DNA of 64,000 nt from Octopus sinensis (Eukaryota): positions 165,292,001 through 165,356,000 of the forward strand of contig NC_042997.1 in assembly GCF_006345805.1 (NCBI RefSeq), in the 5' to 3' direction. Shown piece after piece: positions 10,471-23,600 of this stretch (positions within the stretch are counted from its first letter, which is position 1; the number at the start of each line of letters is the position of its first letter). The notes below the pieces were generated by a model, which saw only the letters and a program-made list of their open reading frames with translations, was not told the origin of the DNA and did not search any database. The translations under genes were made by a program, and so were the position numbers.

Positions 10471-13400
10471 ATAGTAATAATAATAAAAACTATCCACAAA
10501 TTAAGATAATACATTTATTTAAGCAAAATATACAATCAAATTTTCCTTCCTTTCCTTTGTGTTTCTGGTTATTTCAGAAAGAAAATATTCATTTAAAGCT
10601 CAGAAAATGAACAGCGAATGACAACATAGCAGCAGTATTTCTTGTGATTTACAACAATTAAATTCATAGTCAAACAGTCATGGTATGTAGAAAATTGTCT
10701 TTTGTTAAATATTTTTAAAAACATTTAAAATAGTTAAAGCAAAAAAGAAAAAAAGATTAATCAATTTTGCAAGGTATTTTTGTATTTTCTCTTATTTGGT
10801 GGTAAAAAAAAATTTAAAAAAACAAACATCAATGGCTGTAATTTTATAAAAAATGTCATTTGGATGGCAATATGTGAAAAAGAAACGAAAATAAAAGGCC
10901 AAGAATACAAAATAAAGCTGCTTTATTACATTGTCTTTCTGGTTCAATATATCAAAATAGTCTTCAGAAAATGAGAAAACTACAGATTAAATGTTACATT
11001 TTTATGTAAAATTATCATTAAATTTGAATTTTCAGTTATAAATCAATCACATATTTGCAAATATAATTGCTCAGTGATTACATTTACTAAGTTAATATAC
11101 TGTTCTCCAGTTAATCAATTCCATTGCAGGAATGGAATGTGTGTGTGTGTTTGTTTATTTATTTAGAATGTATTGTGAGTAATAGGTGAATATGATGCTT
11201 ATCACAACCTTCTTGCCATGTCTGTTAGCAAGCCAAAGTAAATTGTAAACTAACCCTTAGGTGTTTTGGGTTAGGTTTTACAGAGAAAGGGAGCACAGTT
11301 TTAAATTACAATACCTGCTCATACAAAAAGAAAAACAAGCATGGAAAAAAAAATGGATCAGAATTTTCTTTACACAAATCAAAATATTGACAAGAAATCT
11401 TTTATTGTGAATAATAAATTCATCCAAATTAACACTGGAAATAATTATAAAGATTTTTAAACAAGACCAAACCAACAAAAATATAACAAACAGAACTTAA
11501 AACAAAAATCATAAATTAATGATGGTCATGTTACACTTAAAAAAGAATTGGAAAAAGTTTTAATTGCTTCTGTGTTTTAAGTCCACCATGGACATATTAG
11601 AATGATTACTGCAACCTTAAAATAGAAGAAATATAACATTGATTGATGACCAAGAGCTATGTGATTTGATTTATATCAAATACAACTCAGATTGATGATT
11701 GAGAGCTATGCAGATTGATTTATACCAAAGTTAATATCTGAATACAAATTTTATTTTGTCTGAACTATCATACAAAAATGAGACAGTTTAAATTTACAAA
11801 ATCTTCCCAAACAAGTCTGTGAGGCAGCAAACAAGAAAAGAAACTGAAGCAGTAGACAAGAATAGAAACTGAGAATAAAGAAATTACAAACAAAGCAGTG
11901 TTTTAGAGTTGTGGGCAAAGGTTGCTCATTGTTACTCAAAGACAAATGAACAAGATATTTAAACTTGTTACAATAATACTGAAGGGGATTAATGGAGCAT
12001 GCGTAAAGGCAGAGAGGGGGGCATTGCTAGGCAGCTCATAGAAATTTAAAAAAACAAAAAAAAAAACTGAAATAACTTATAAATCTTCATATTTCCGGAG
12101 AATGATGAGTTTCTTTCATGCCAGTTTTTATTTTAAAAACCTCTTTATATACATAGAGATATGAATAGGAACAGTGAGAACTTGTGAATAAGTTCTTAGC
12201 ATGCTTTAGTGAAGTTCTGTACTTTCAAGCTGATATAAGCTAAGTCTATATTTCACAACACTTCAAAAGTAGTTATTTATAATAGAAACTTATTAAGCGA
12301 ACCATTGCAGTTCTAATTAAACTTGTTAGATACAAGATGGAAGCATATATGAAGTTTCTACTGAGTGATACTTAAAAAAACAACAAAAAAAAAATCCTAT
12401 TTTGCATTGCACTCTATTACTGAAGTGTCATAAACTTAGGACATCAGTCTTTATTATTCCTCTTAATGAGTCAGCAAACTACTGGATTTACAAATACTGT
12501 TTTACATCTATCATCTTTTCTGTTTTAATACTAAATACATAATATTTAAAAGGTTATAATTGACATTGTTAATACTAAAATACTAATTAAATCATACTTA
12601 TTTAAAACAATATTTTTATAATAATTACAGAGTTAAATGAAAATTTTGCTAATTAATCAGAACATGTTTCACTGAATTTAAACACTTTGGCACCAATGGC
12701 AATTTGGAATCATTTTTCAACAAATGCATCACTTCATTGTCAGTATATTAGCAGTCTTCAGAAGATTGGTGAAAATGTTGTTGGGTAGCTGTTTCAGTTT
12801 TCAACAAAGTTGAAATCCTAGAGGTCAACTTGGCTGTTCATGCTTTCAGGATTGATAAATCCCTGACCAATTGATGGATTGGCAGAAATGCAAGAGTTTC
12901 AGACAGGAAGCAATGTCTTACGGTATCTGTATTAGCACTTTGTTTAACTTTTAAATTGTGCCAAGGAATTCAAAATTCTACCAATGGCCAAACCACCAGA
13001 CATTTATGAAAGATATGCTGGTTGACAGAAGAGTGTGGTCATCTGCTAATGTAGTTTAATGATGAGTATATGCCATAAGAATATAAGGAAGAGGAATGTT
13101 TCAAAGGTTGAATGTTTTTTTGTTTTTTCATGTATTACATCTAAAAGTTCAACTGAGAAACTAAATTTTCCTTTTACATATTTTTTATGTCCTGAACAAA
13201 CTAATTCACTAAACTTAAATAAGTTTGTTATAAATATCTTAATATTCAGCAATTTATTTCACTTGTGCTTAGTATTACTAAACAAGGGAATTTAATAAAT
13301 TGGCTCCTAAAACGAACTTAATTTGATAAAATAAAAAGTCAATACTAAAAATAAATAAGTCAAGAATTTCTTTAATCTTGCAAAAAGGCAGCACTCATGT

Positions 13401-16400
13401 CTCTTTCCAGAACCCCTCAAAACAGAGAATTTTCTCAAACCATAGATCTGGTTTGAGTGCTTGCAACAATATGGGACTGTTTAAAAACCTCAAGAGTCAG
13501 GGAGTGGTATTAAGCCAAGCAATGGTTTAAGTCTACCACCCAAGAAAAATAAGGCAGCTTGGTCTGTATATAACTTATTTATCAACAGCCTCTCCTGAAC
13601 CTGTTTATGCTTACCTACACCCAAACTGTGAGTAAATTTCTGAGAGATTGTTCTAACAGTTACATATTCCAGATACTAACTTCCTCTTTTATTAGTTCAA
13701 TATCCAATCAAGTTTGCATTATTACCAGTGTATGCAATTACATTTTCTTAGTGATTAAAGTATATGGAAACAACCCAAGCTGATACTATTGTCATCCTGC
13801 AGTATGTTGTGATATCCATGTCTTTCTTATGACTATCATGAGCAGAGTAAGCAAGAATATGATTTACATCACAGACATGACTCACAAGTACCCAAGATAC
13901 TTGAAACTAGAGTATTCCTACCTCCTTTTACTTCAATTTCTTTAACTTAAGGTGTTGTTGGAACAGCTTTATTAGTACAATCCTATTTAATAGTACCTAA
14001 AGACCAACATATGTTCTCAAGTATAAGACACTGAGGTTACTAGAATAATGTACTTTACGAAAGAGAGAGCAGTACGAATGCATGCAAAGTGGCACAAAAT
14101 CCCAACTAATTAGTATAGCAGTTGAGTATATTTTAGATACAATACAGAAAAATATATAGTAGCGAAGACAAAAAAACTCATTTAACCCAGAAAAACACTT
14201 CCACTTTCTCAGTGTGTTTGTGAGCAGACTAGATATTAAGCAATATATTAAAAGTACACGTGACTTTAGTTTGCAAGCAGCTGGTGAGTAAATAAGCTGT
14301 CAGGGTGTTGACATGAAGATTATTGCTTTGTATATAATATCATTGGTGCTGCCACCCCTGCATTGTGCACATTTAAATGCACTTTTTCCCTTCTTAAATG
14401 AAACGGTAAATAAAAAGAAATTTCACTGACCCATTGGCCTCATGAAACAAATGTTTTGAAGCATAATAGCCAATCAGGGATTGTCTTTCAGTAGATATAA
14501 TATAAAACTATATAATATAGTTTTATATAATAAAGTAGTTTTGGGCACTTTATCCTTTGTTTTCTACATGCACCCATCATTTCCAATTGTAACAGAAAAA
14601 ACATTTTGGTCTTTTTGGCTACACATACCAAAACACTGTATCTCAAAGGAGTTAAGCAGTGTTCTACTTCACTGCAAAATTAGGGTGTCAATAACAATGC
14701 AGAATTCAAGTTTTGCTACATACCTAAAAAAAATCAACAGGGTACCAGACATTCTAAGAATATACTTAAGCTTTATCTACAAAATCACTGACTTAAAGTG
14801 GAAGGAGAAGGAATACTACAAATAATATTTTCTATTTGGAGGAAATAAGTGAGAACTCATAGATTAAGGAGTCATTAATAATGAAATAGCCAGCCAGAAA
14901 TCCATACATTTGCAGAAGTAATTAAAAAAATTTAAATCTTTATTTTAAAAATAAGGATTTCTTCCTGAGAAATTAGAAAAGAATGGCCAAACAATTTGTT
15001 TAAATCTCACTTTCTTACAATTTGCTGTATAAAGGTAATAGACTTGATAGCTCATTCAGATTCTTTATAATGAAATTACCAATTGCTAATGCAAAAGATG
15101 TACAGAATTGAAACAAGTTATATATAGTTTTCATATCTCATCATAAATATACTAATAAAAAAAAACTACAACAAATGGAAACTGATCCATCTTGCCACTT
15201 GTATTTTACTCTATATTGTTTAATACTAGCAATGAAATATTTTTCAATAGATACAAGACTCAGTTTATTTATCTCTTTAATTGTATTTAATTTTTTTTTT
15301 TTTTTTTTTTGCTAGAATAGTAAAATAAAGTTGATTAATTCCAGGAGTGTGTTATTGGTAACACTGGAGACATAAAAGCAAGCTGGCTACAGCAGAATAT
15401 ATATAAAAAAAAAACATAAAAAACAGCCACACAATCAGATATATCACAGCTTAAATATTTAAGATTATTTGAAGAATATAAATGACTTCAGATAATTCTC
15501 ACAAATGTTTTTGTTTAAAGATGAAATTAATCACAATTATTTATTTTTTTGCAATGTTCAAAACCAAAAAATAAAGAAAACATATTAAGCCGAAAATAAT
15601 TTTTTTCCATTGGAAAATAAATGAAAATAACTTCCGGCAGTTTGAGAAAATAGGTTTTGAAACAAAAATGAAGAACAACATATATTGGGGAAGAAAAAAA
15701 AAAACTTGTTAAACATGAGCCCAAAATATATTCGCAGGTGGATGAGATTCAGAAGGTCAAAGGTACTGTACAATTTTTTTTTTTCAACAAAATACAAAGA
15801 TATAATATTAGGCAACCATTACTTGAAAAACAAAGAAATTGGTCAGCATTTATAACTAAATATTGCCATTTTTTAAAATATAAATTGGCATAAGGCCATT
15901 GTTTTGCAAAATTGAAATTAGCTAAATTGACCCAAGATGAATGAAAGGCAAAGTCATTTCCAGTGGGACCTTCAAGTGAAGAGGGTGAGGGTTTTGAACT
16001 AGTTCTAGTAAAACATTTAATTGCTAAAGCCATCTCTCCTATCCTGATTATGTGAAGTAACTAACAGAAGCAATACAAACAAAATATTTCTCATTGTTGT
16101 CATCAAAAACTAACAGCAGCCAAGCATGTCTATTATTATGAAACTGAAAATAGACTTTCTATAATCATTAATTCATTATTACCTAAACAGTAATACATCT
16201 ATGAAGTAAAAGAATTGTGATTAGAACAGAAACTTAGTTATAGTAAGTGGAAGGGGTTTGAAATTCTCTTTTCCAACAAAGAATAAAAAAAAAAAAATGA
16301 CTTATTTTCAAAATTCCCATATTTATTATTGACAAAGATTTAAACAAAAAAAAAAAAAGTAATCATAGCACCAAAAATTTCCTGAGAAGTTGTTTGCCAA

Positions 16401-19400
16401 GACTTGCCAAATATACCAAGCATATTTAGATACTTACATCTTAATTCAAATTAAAACGAAAATTATAATTCCTTTTTAAAAGTAAGGTCACAAAATTTCA
16501 AGTCTCTTACTATACCAAAATGAACAGCAGAACATAATATCTAATGACTGGTTTGTTCAGGTGAATAAAATCTGCATAGATACACTTAGAATTTCTTACA
16601 TGTTATGAGAAACTGCAATGAAAACCGATTGTCTTAAATATATATTTAACTGAATTTTTTCTATATATCTAGTTTCTGCAATGATGTCCTTGATCAGATT
16701 AAGTTAATATATTATTTTCTCCCAAGAGAAAAAGTGTCTCAAATAGTAACATAAACAAGCTGACATTACTAAGTTAATTTAGAATTTTATTTAACCAATA
16801 CTTCATTCTTTACAATGGACGGAGATTATTTAATCTAAATTTAATCAACTATAGACATTTTGTCTGCACTACTAAAGCACCAATATAATTTGCCAGCTCC
16901 CTGTTATAATAATTTTTACATTGGCACAAGGCTGCAACTGGTGGGAGGAGGAGGTCAGCTAAATAATCCCAACAGATGACTGATATTTTATTGCTACTAG
17001 TTAGACGAAAGCAAGTCAACACTGATACGATTTTGAATCAGAAAGTAGAGGAGATGAAACTAAATATTCTAAGCTATTCAGTCAGGTGCTCTATAGTTTC
17101 TGCTATTCCATCACACACATTAGTTTTAACATAGGCAAAAGGCTTCAAATTGGAAGGGAAGAGAATTAGTCAAGTTTACTAACCCAAGGAAGTTATGAGT
17201 ACTTTATTCTATTGACCAGAGAAGATTGAAGGCAAAGTTAACCCTGGCAGGATTTGAACTCAGAAGGTAATGAACTGTATCTAAATACAAGACATTCCGC
17301 CAGACATTTTAATGATTCTGCCAATCCATTGCCCTATAATAATAGCAAAGCAACTTAATGGGCAAGTAGAAAATATATTGTAGCAAGCTGTATAATTTTA
17401 GCCGAGAAAAAATACAAGTGACAAATTGAGTTCTTTTTGTAAAGAAATTTGGATATAACACTTCAGACTAGTAGTATAATCATGTACCAGAAACAGCTCT
17501 AAATGACAATGGTAAATCAAAGATTCTATGGGACTATGACATCCAAACATAGAATAACTGAACACCGTAGACTAGATATTGTAGATGACTTCGGGTGGGA
17601 AAAGAATATTTCATAAAAGAGGCAATTCCTTCAGACAAAAATATCGTAGACAAAGAAGTAGAAAAGATATCAAAATATGTGAAATTATAAATAGAAATAT
17701 GCAAGAATGCCCAGCAGCAAAAGTTAAAGTTGCAGCAGTTATAAGTGAAGCATTAGGGTTAATACTGAAAAAAAAAAAAAAAATATTGCCACCTGGAACA
17801 GTTGGACATCAGGACAAATGTGTGAATGCTCCCAGAATTTACTCTTTGGAACAGCTCATATTCTCACAAAACTATTTTCTGTCTGAGACCTTTTGTTGAA
17901 GCTTGGCAGTTTGTTTGAAGAAAAAAAAAAAAAAAAGAAATAATTGTTTCTAACACAGTCAGAAAGCCAGAAATTGGGGATGGGGAACAGGCAGTTAAAT
18001 TGATCCAACACTTTGCTGGTATTTTATTTTATTGATCCTGAAGGGATGAAAAGCAAAACTGACTTGGAAGGATTTGAACTTAAAACAATGACTAAAAGAT
18101 AGGGTTTGAAAATCTCATATATAAACACCTAGAATATCTTGCATTTATTGTTGGTTGCATCAGAGTAAGATAGGTTGCAGTATACTGATAGAACAAATCT
18201 ACCAATAATAAATATATTCTCACAACAAATGTCACCCAACTTAAAAGAATAACATTTCTAAATTAAGAAAAACAAAGCATAAGAATTGTTTTGAATCTCA
18301 TAAAATAACAGTAAGTTTTTGCCAAGAATAAATATTTCACTTACTTTGCTTTCTTAGAATTCTTCCTATAACAAACTAAATTATATAAAAAAAAATTATG
18401 TCAGCAAAGAGAACTAGAAGAACAAAAATAGCATCTATTCTGAATCCTTTGGCACACAAATGCCATATAGTCATCACCCAAATAATTCTGAGACCTTTAT
18501 CAGAAAGTGAATCTTCAATCAATTAAGGGTTCAACTACATATTTCTATTGCAGCAAACTAATATGTCAATATCTTCACCCCAATGACATGTATTTATTCT
18601 GAATATAGATTTAAAAGTTCTAGAAAAATATATGGGTATAAATATATTTCATTATCTCATTTAAATGGTGAAAAAATTTTTTAAAAAATGTTTACATGTT
18701 CTGATATAATACAGCATTATACTAAATTGTCAGGAAATGAAAAAAAAAAAAAGATTTAAGATCTTACAATTCTTTTTATGTAAATTTGAATAATCTGAAA
18801 GAAACACATAACCACAGTTAAATAATTTACTTGCAGCAAACAATACAAAGATACAAATCTTAGAAAATATTCAATATACACAATTTTTAACTGCCGCTTT
18901 ATGAAGTTACAAACATTTTGAAAGGTTAAAAAAAAAAAAAATCAAGTTACAACACTGAAAACATTCATTGGAGAGGCAGAAGAAGAGAAAATCAATAGCA
19001 TTTTATTAACATCATTTAATGCAACCTCTGTGAAGTACCATATATTTTTATGTTCAATATGGATGGATTGGTATATATAATGGTTGAGACAATTCGTTTT
19101 TTCCCCTTTACTAGGTCAGTCACTTTTCATTTGATTGAAAGTGACTCACAAAGCAATTACGTTCACTAAACTGTAGCAGTGCAAATGTATCAACAGACTC
19201 ATGGTTCTGAATACTCAACAAGGGAACACTTGTGGAGATACCAGCACAGAGTAAAGTAAAACTAGCCAAAGCAAATAGAGATCTTGCTTTTATGTTAACA
19301 GATAACCCTATTAAATTTAGTAGTTTTGAAATTAAATAAAAACTGAAACCTTGCTAATATCAGACAAGATACGTCCCAATATTGAGCAGTTGTTGTTACT

Positions 19401-19940
19401 CAAGTGCAAGAGTACATTAGAAATATGTTCCAATAGGAAAAATTGTGAAAGTACAATTTTCTAAATGTGAACAAAATTAAACACCATTAAAAGTAGCCAC
19501 AGATGCTGATGCTGATGCTGCTGTTGTCAACTAATTTACCATTAGTGTTGCTGGGGGGAGTAAGCAGATTCTTATCAAATTACTCAAGTTTTGTTCAGAC
19601 AAATGCTGCTTATTAAGTGTGATTAAGATATCCACAAGCAGTCAGAAGGCATAGCAACAAACTTCAGATGGTATACAGGAACCTGTATCTAAGCTTGATG
19701 AAGCCAGCAAACAAGATTCAATCAGAAAAAGCAAAATTCTCTGGGAGTATTTTCCTTCCCTTCCATCAAAGTAGGTTTGCAGTAGTTTTCAAAATGTCAT
19801 GTAAAAGTCCATTATAAAGACACAAAGTTAAACTTTAATCCAGTTTTAATTCCCATACTGAGAAACAAAACACAACCAAAACCTTATGTATAGAGAAACG
19901 ATTTACCATTACACACTCACCAATGTTGGGATATAAAAAG

Positions 19941-19946
19941 TTTATT
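19941..19946 (-). terminator. Candidate polyadenylation signal of IPO4
   Basis: Minus-strand AATAAA about 570 nt after the stop, followed about 20 nt later by CA and a GT-rich tract (ttggtgagtgtgt). Other AATAAA hexamers exist in this AT-rich region. Confidence 0.35.
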
Positions 19947-20512
19947 TCTTTGACCGAGACACTGTGCCATAAATCTTTATAAGCACAACAGTTAACTGCT
20001 CATCCAGTATTTACTCAGCCAAAAGAAATTATCCTCTTGTGTAGACAGGCGAGAGACTGAGGTAGTCGTTTCTAAGAAAAATGTATTTTTAGTTCAGTCA
20101 TGAAATTTAATTGTATTCTGAAAGAATTACAAATTCACCTGAACATACATGCCAGAGTCTACTAACAGAAATAAATAAAATGTTCAAACAAAAACAAAAC
20201 AAAATTCAGGTTTTCCTCTTGGTTTAAAGTAAACATATTTGTAGTAAGTATTCAAGAGAAAGAAATCTTCCATTATGTGAGAATACTACTTCTCTGAGAA
20301 ATGAACTAACTCTATAATAAATAATAATACTGCCAAAATAAACATAAAAATTTAAATTCTGAAACTTCAAATTTAATGAAAATAAAAAAAAATAGACAAA
20401 ACAAAAACTTGCTGGAAAGCTGCAAAGGGAACATTCATCACATTCTGTGATAAGATAGTGAAGGCAGTTGTATTGCCCGGTGTTTACAAAAAAGGGATGG
20501 ATGACTACAGAG

Positions 20513-20643
20513 TCAGGTCATCAAACCACAAGTATTTAGTTTTGCTCCAAGCTCAGCAGAGATAGTCAACTTTGCCTTCTCTAAAGCATCAGGGTATGAG
20601 GCATGAACATTTTTCACAAATTGGACCAGCAATGATTCAGTTT
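20513..20643 (-). CDS. IPO4: IPO4 last coding exon (29)
   Basis: ag|(E)[42 protein letters not shown], stop TGA at 20515-20513. Confidence 0.88.
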
Positions 20644-23600
20644 CTAGAAAGATTTAAAAAAAAAAATTTTTTTTAAGTTAGATTAAATACAAAATACTCT
20701 AACATGAAGAAATATGAGAACAAACAAAGCAAGTTACATGTTTACCTTTATTAATTTGTGTGGTTCCCAGCACTTCTGCTATAACTTTCAACAATTCTGG
20801 CAACATTACAATTAGCTGCAAAATAAAATGACTTTTTAACATATTTCTATAAATGGACAGATATGAATATAAACAGAGCTAAACCTCCAGAGAAAGAAAA
20901 ATAATCAACAGAAGTATATCTTATAATATTCTCCATAATTATATTATTTAACTTCAGTATATTATAAGGCTGCAAGCTAGTAGAATTGTTAGCAGAATTT
21001 CATCCATCTTTATGTTCAGAGTTCAAATTCTATCAAGGTTGTTTTTGCCTTTCATCCTTTCAGAGTCAATAAAATTAGTACCAGTTGAACTTTGGGGTCA
21101 ATGTAATCGACTAGAGCCCCCACCAAATTTGCAGGCTTTGCACCAAAATTTGAAAATATTTTACACTGTAATAAATGGCAGAATTGCTACCATACCAGAC
21201 AAAATTCTCAGCAAAACATTTCTTTCAACTTTACATTCTGAGTTCAAATGCTTCACATTTCAGGTTTGATAAAATAAGTACCTGTTAAGTATTGGCAGGG
21301 GTCGATGTTATCAACTTACTCCTGAACTTGAACCCATGTGGTTGCAAAACAAGCTTCTTAGCCACACAGCCATGCCTACATATTCTTTTACTTTTTTTTT
21401 TTTTTTTTACTTGGTCCAGTCATTTGATTCCAGCCATGCTGGAGCACCACCTTGAAAATTCTTAGTCAAACAAATCGACACCAGTACTTATCTTTTTTAT
21501 GCCTAGTACTTTATTGATCTCTTTTGCCAAACTGCTAAGTTATGGGGTAGTAAACACACCAACACCGGTTATCAAGCAGTGATGGGAAGACAAACACAAA
21601 GATACACACACACACAAGATTCTTTTAGTTTCCTTGGCCTGAGGCTATTGAAAACACTTGCCCAAGGTGTCATGCAGTTTGCTCAACATAAAGCTTTACA
21701 TTCAAATGTTCAAAAATATTCATCAGTCATGAGTTATCTTCAAAACTACATCAGTTCAGGCATCAAGCTGTAGAAATCATACCTAAAATAGAACCTGCAA
21801 ATAAGACAGTCTTCCAATCCATGTAAGGGGGCAATCTCAAATAACTGACTCAGAATGTGGCAACCTGTCCAACTCATTCAAGCATGGACAGCTAACACTG
21901 TTACGACTACCTAAATATTATTTCCTTCCAATGAGTTTAAGCAAAGAACATTTATTCATAACAGAGCAACAGCATAAAACTTTAAAATAATAAAGCCAAA
22001 AGGTAATACAAAAAAAAAAGGAAAATGAAAAAAGGCATTGTAGAAGCAATGCATATCCTGCACGCAGATAAATTTTTTTTCTGAAAATTATAGTGTGGCT
22101 TACAGTGCATTGCTTACCCATGCTTTTTAATAGGGCTGAACATTTTTTTTTTAAAGTATTACCATTATAGATATTTATACTCTGATGAAATTAAAAAATC
22201 AGCACATAAATAAACGAAAGCCTTGAATCCATCACTGTAAACACACACAGTCACCTATCTGTATTTATGTATGTACCCACACATCTGCATGCATGGGTAC
22301 ACCATGATCTATACACAGGCTGACAAGGGTCGATTCATATGAAAAAGAAAGTGAACAAAACAAAATACTTATAGAAAATATTGAATAGAATTTGAGAAGT
22401 GTTTCACCATTACGGGTATTTTACACTCCAGTGGAATTAAGAAATCAAGTCGTAAATAAACGCAACCCTCAAATCCATCACTGTACACACACACAGTGGC
22501 ATATCTATGTATGTATTTATGTATGTTTGAAGATAATCAAACCAAACTTTCATCATTTCGAGTCAATCACCCAATGAGTATTTGTGCCAAATTTGGTGAA
22601 AATCTGTTCAGCTGTTTTCCAATAATTTTGCAAACACAGATGAGAGATTATAATACCCTGCTTTTGCTTATGTGTGCAGAGTAAAAATTTCAAATGCAAA
22701 AAGATGAAGTTAATAGGCTAAAAAATTAATTATCATATTCTTCATCATCATCATTGTTCGACCGTGGTCGAGACAATGGAATTTACCATGCTACGCCAGA
22801 CTTCATGGTCCATCATGGCATTACGGAGTTCCTGTTGCTGGATGCCTGTATCCCTGGAGATTACATCAGGATAGGAGAGTGTGTGTCCTCTGGTATCGCG
22901 AGTAGATGGCTTCCAGAGGAGAAGAGTAGAAATTGCCTCATTTTCAGCTCTACAACAATGTCCAGCAAACTGGACTCTCCTACCTTTCACAAGAGATGAC
23001 ACAGGTGGTAGTTTCCCATATATTTGCATTTTGGTTGGATGACGCTTCCACGAGAGATTTTGATCTCTCATAAGGAGGCGAGTGTAGGTTCCATCCAACC
23101 GCCTCTCAAGCTTCTTTGATAACGTCCAGGTTTCTGAGCCATATTGTAGAATTGGTTCGACTGTGGCTTTGAAGATTTTAAGTTTGAAGTCTCTACTTAG
23201 ATTTGATGACCAGATCTTATGCATACCATAACATAAGATCATATTCTTGGGTTTACCTCTTCCACAGAGATCAGCACTTCTTTATATAGTATATGTCCAA
23301 CCCATGCTAGCATGGAAAACGGACGCTAAACGATGATGATGATGATGGACAAGGACAGTTGGGTAAAGAAGTACCAATCTTTAATTGTGGGGGGAACCTG
23401 TAGAAGAGGTAGACCCAAGAAGACATGGGACAAGGTGGTGAAGTATGATCTTCGAACGTTAGGCCTCACAGAGGTAATGACTAGTGATCAAGACTTTTGG
23501 CAATATGCTGTGCTTGAGAAGCCCTGCCAAGCCAAGTGAAATTGCAGATGTGTTCAATGCTGGTGTCACATAACTGGCACATGTGCCGGTGGCATGTTAA

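Noticed and set aside
10500-19900. Short ORFs (60-114 aa) downstream of IPO4
   Set aside because: Low-complexity K/I/F-rich translations of AT-rich DNA without splice-supported structure or known motifs.
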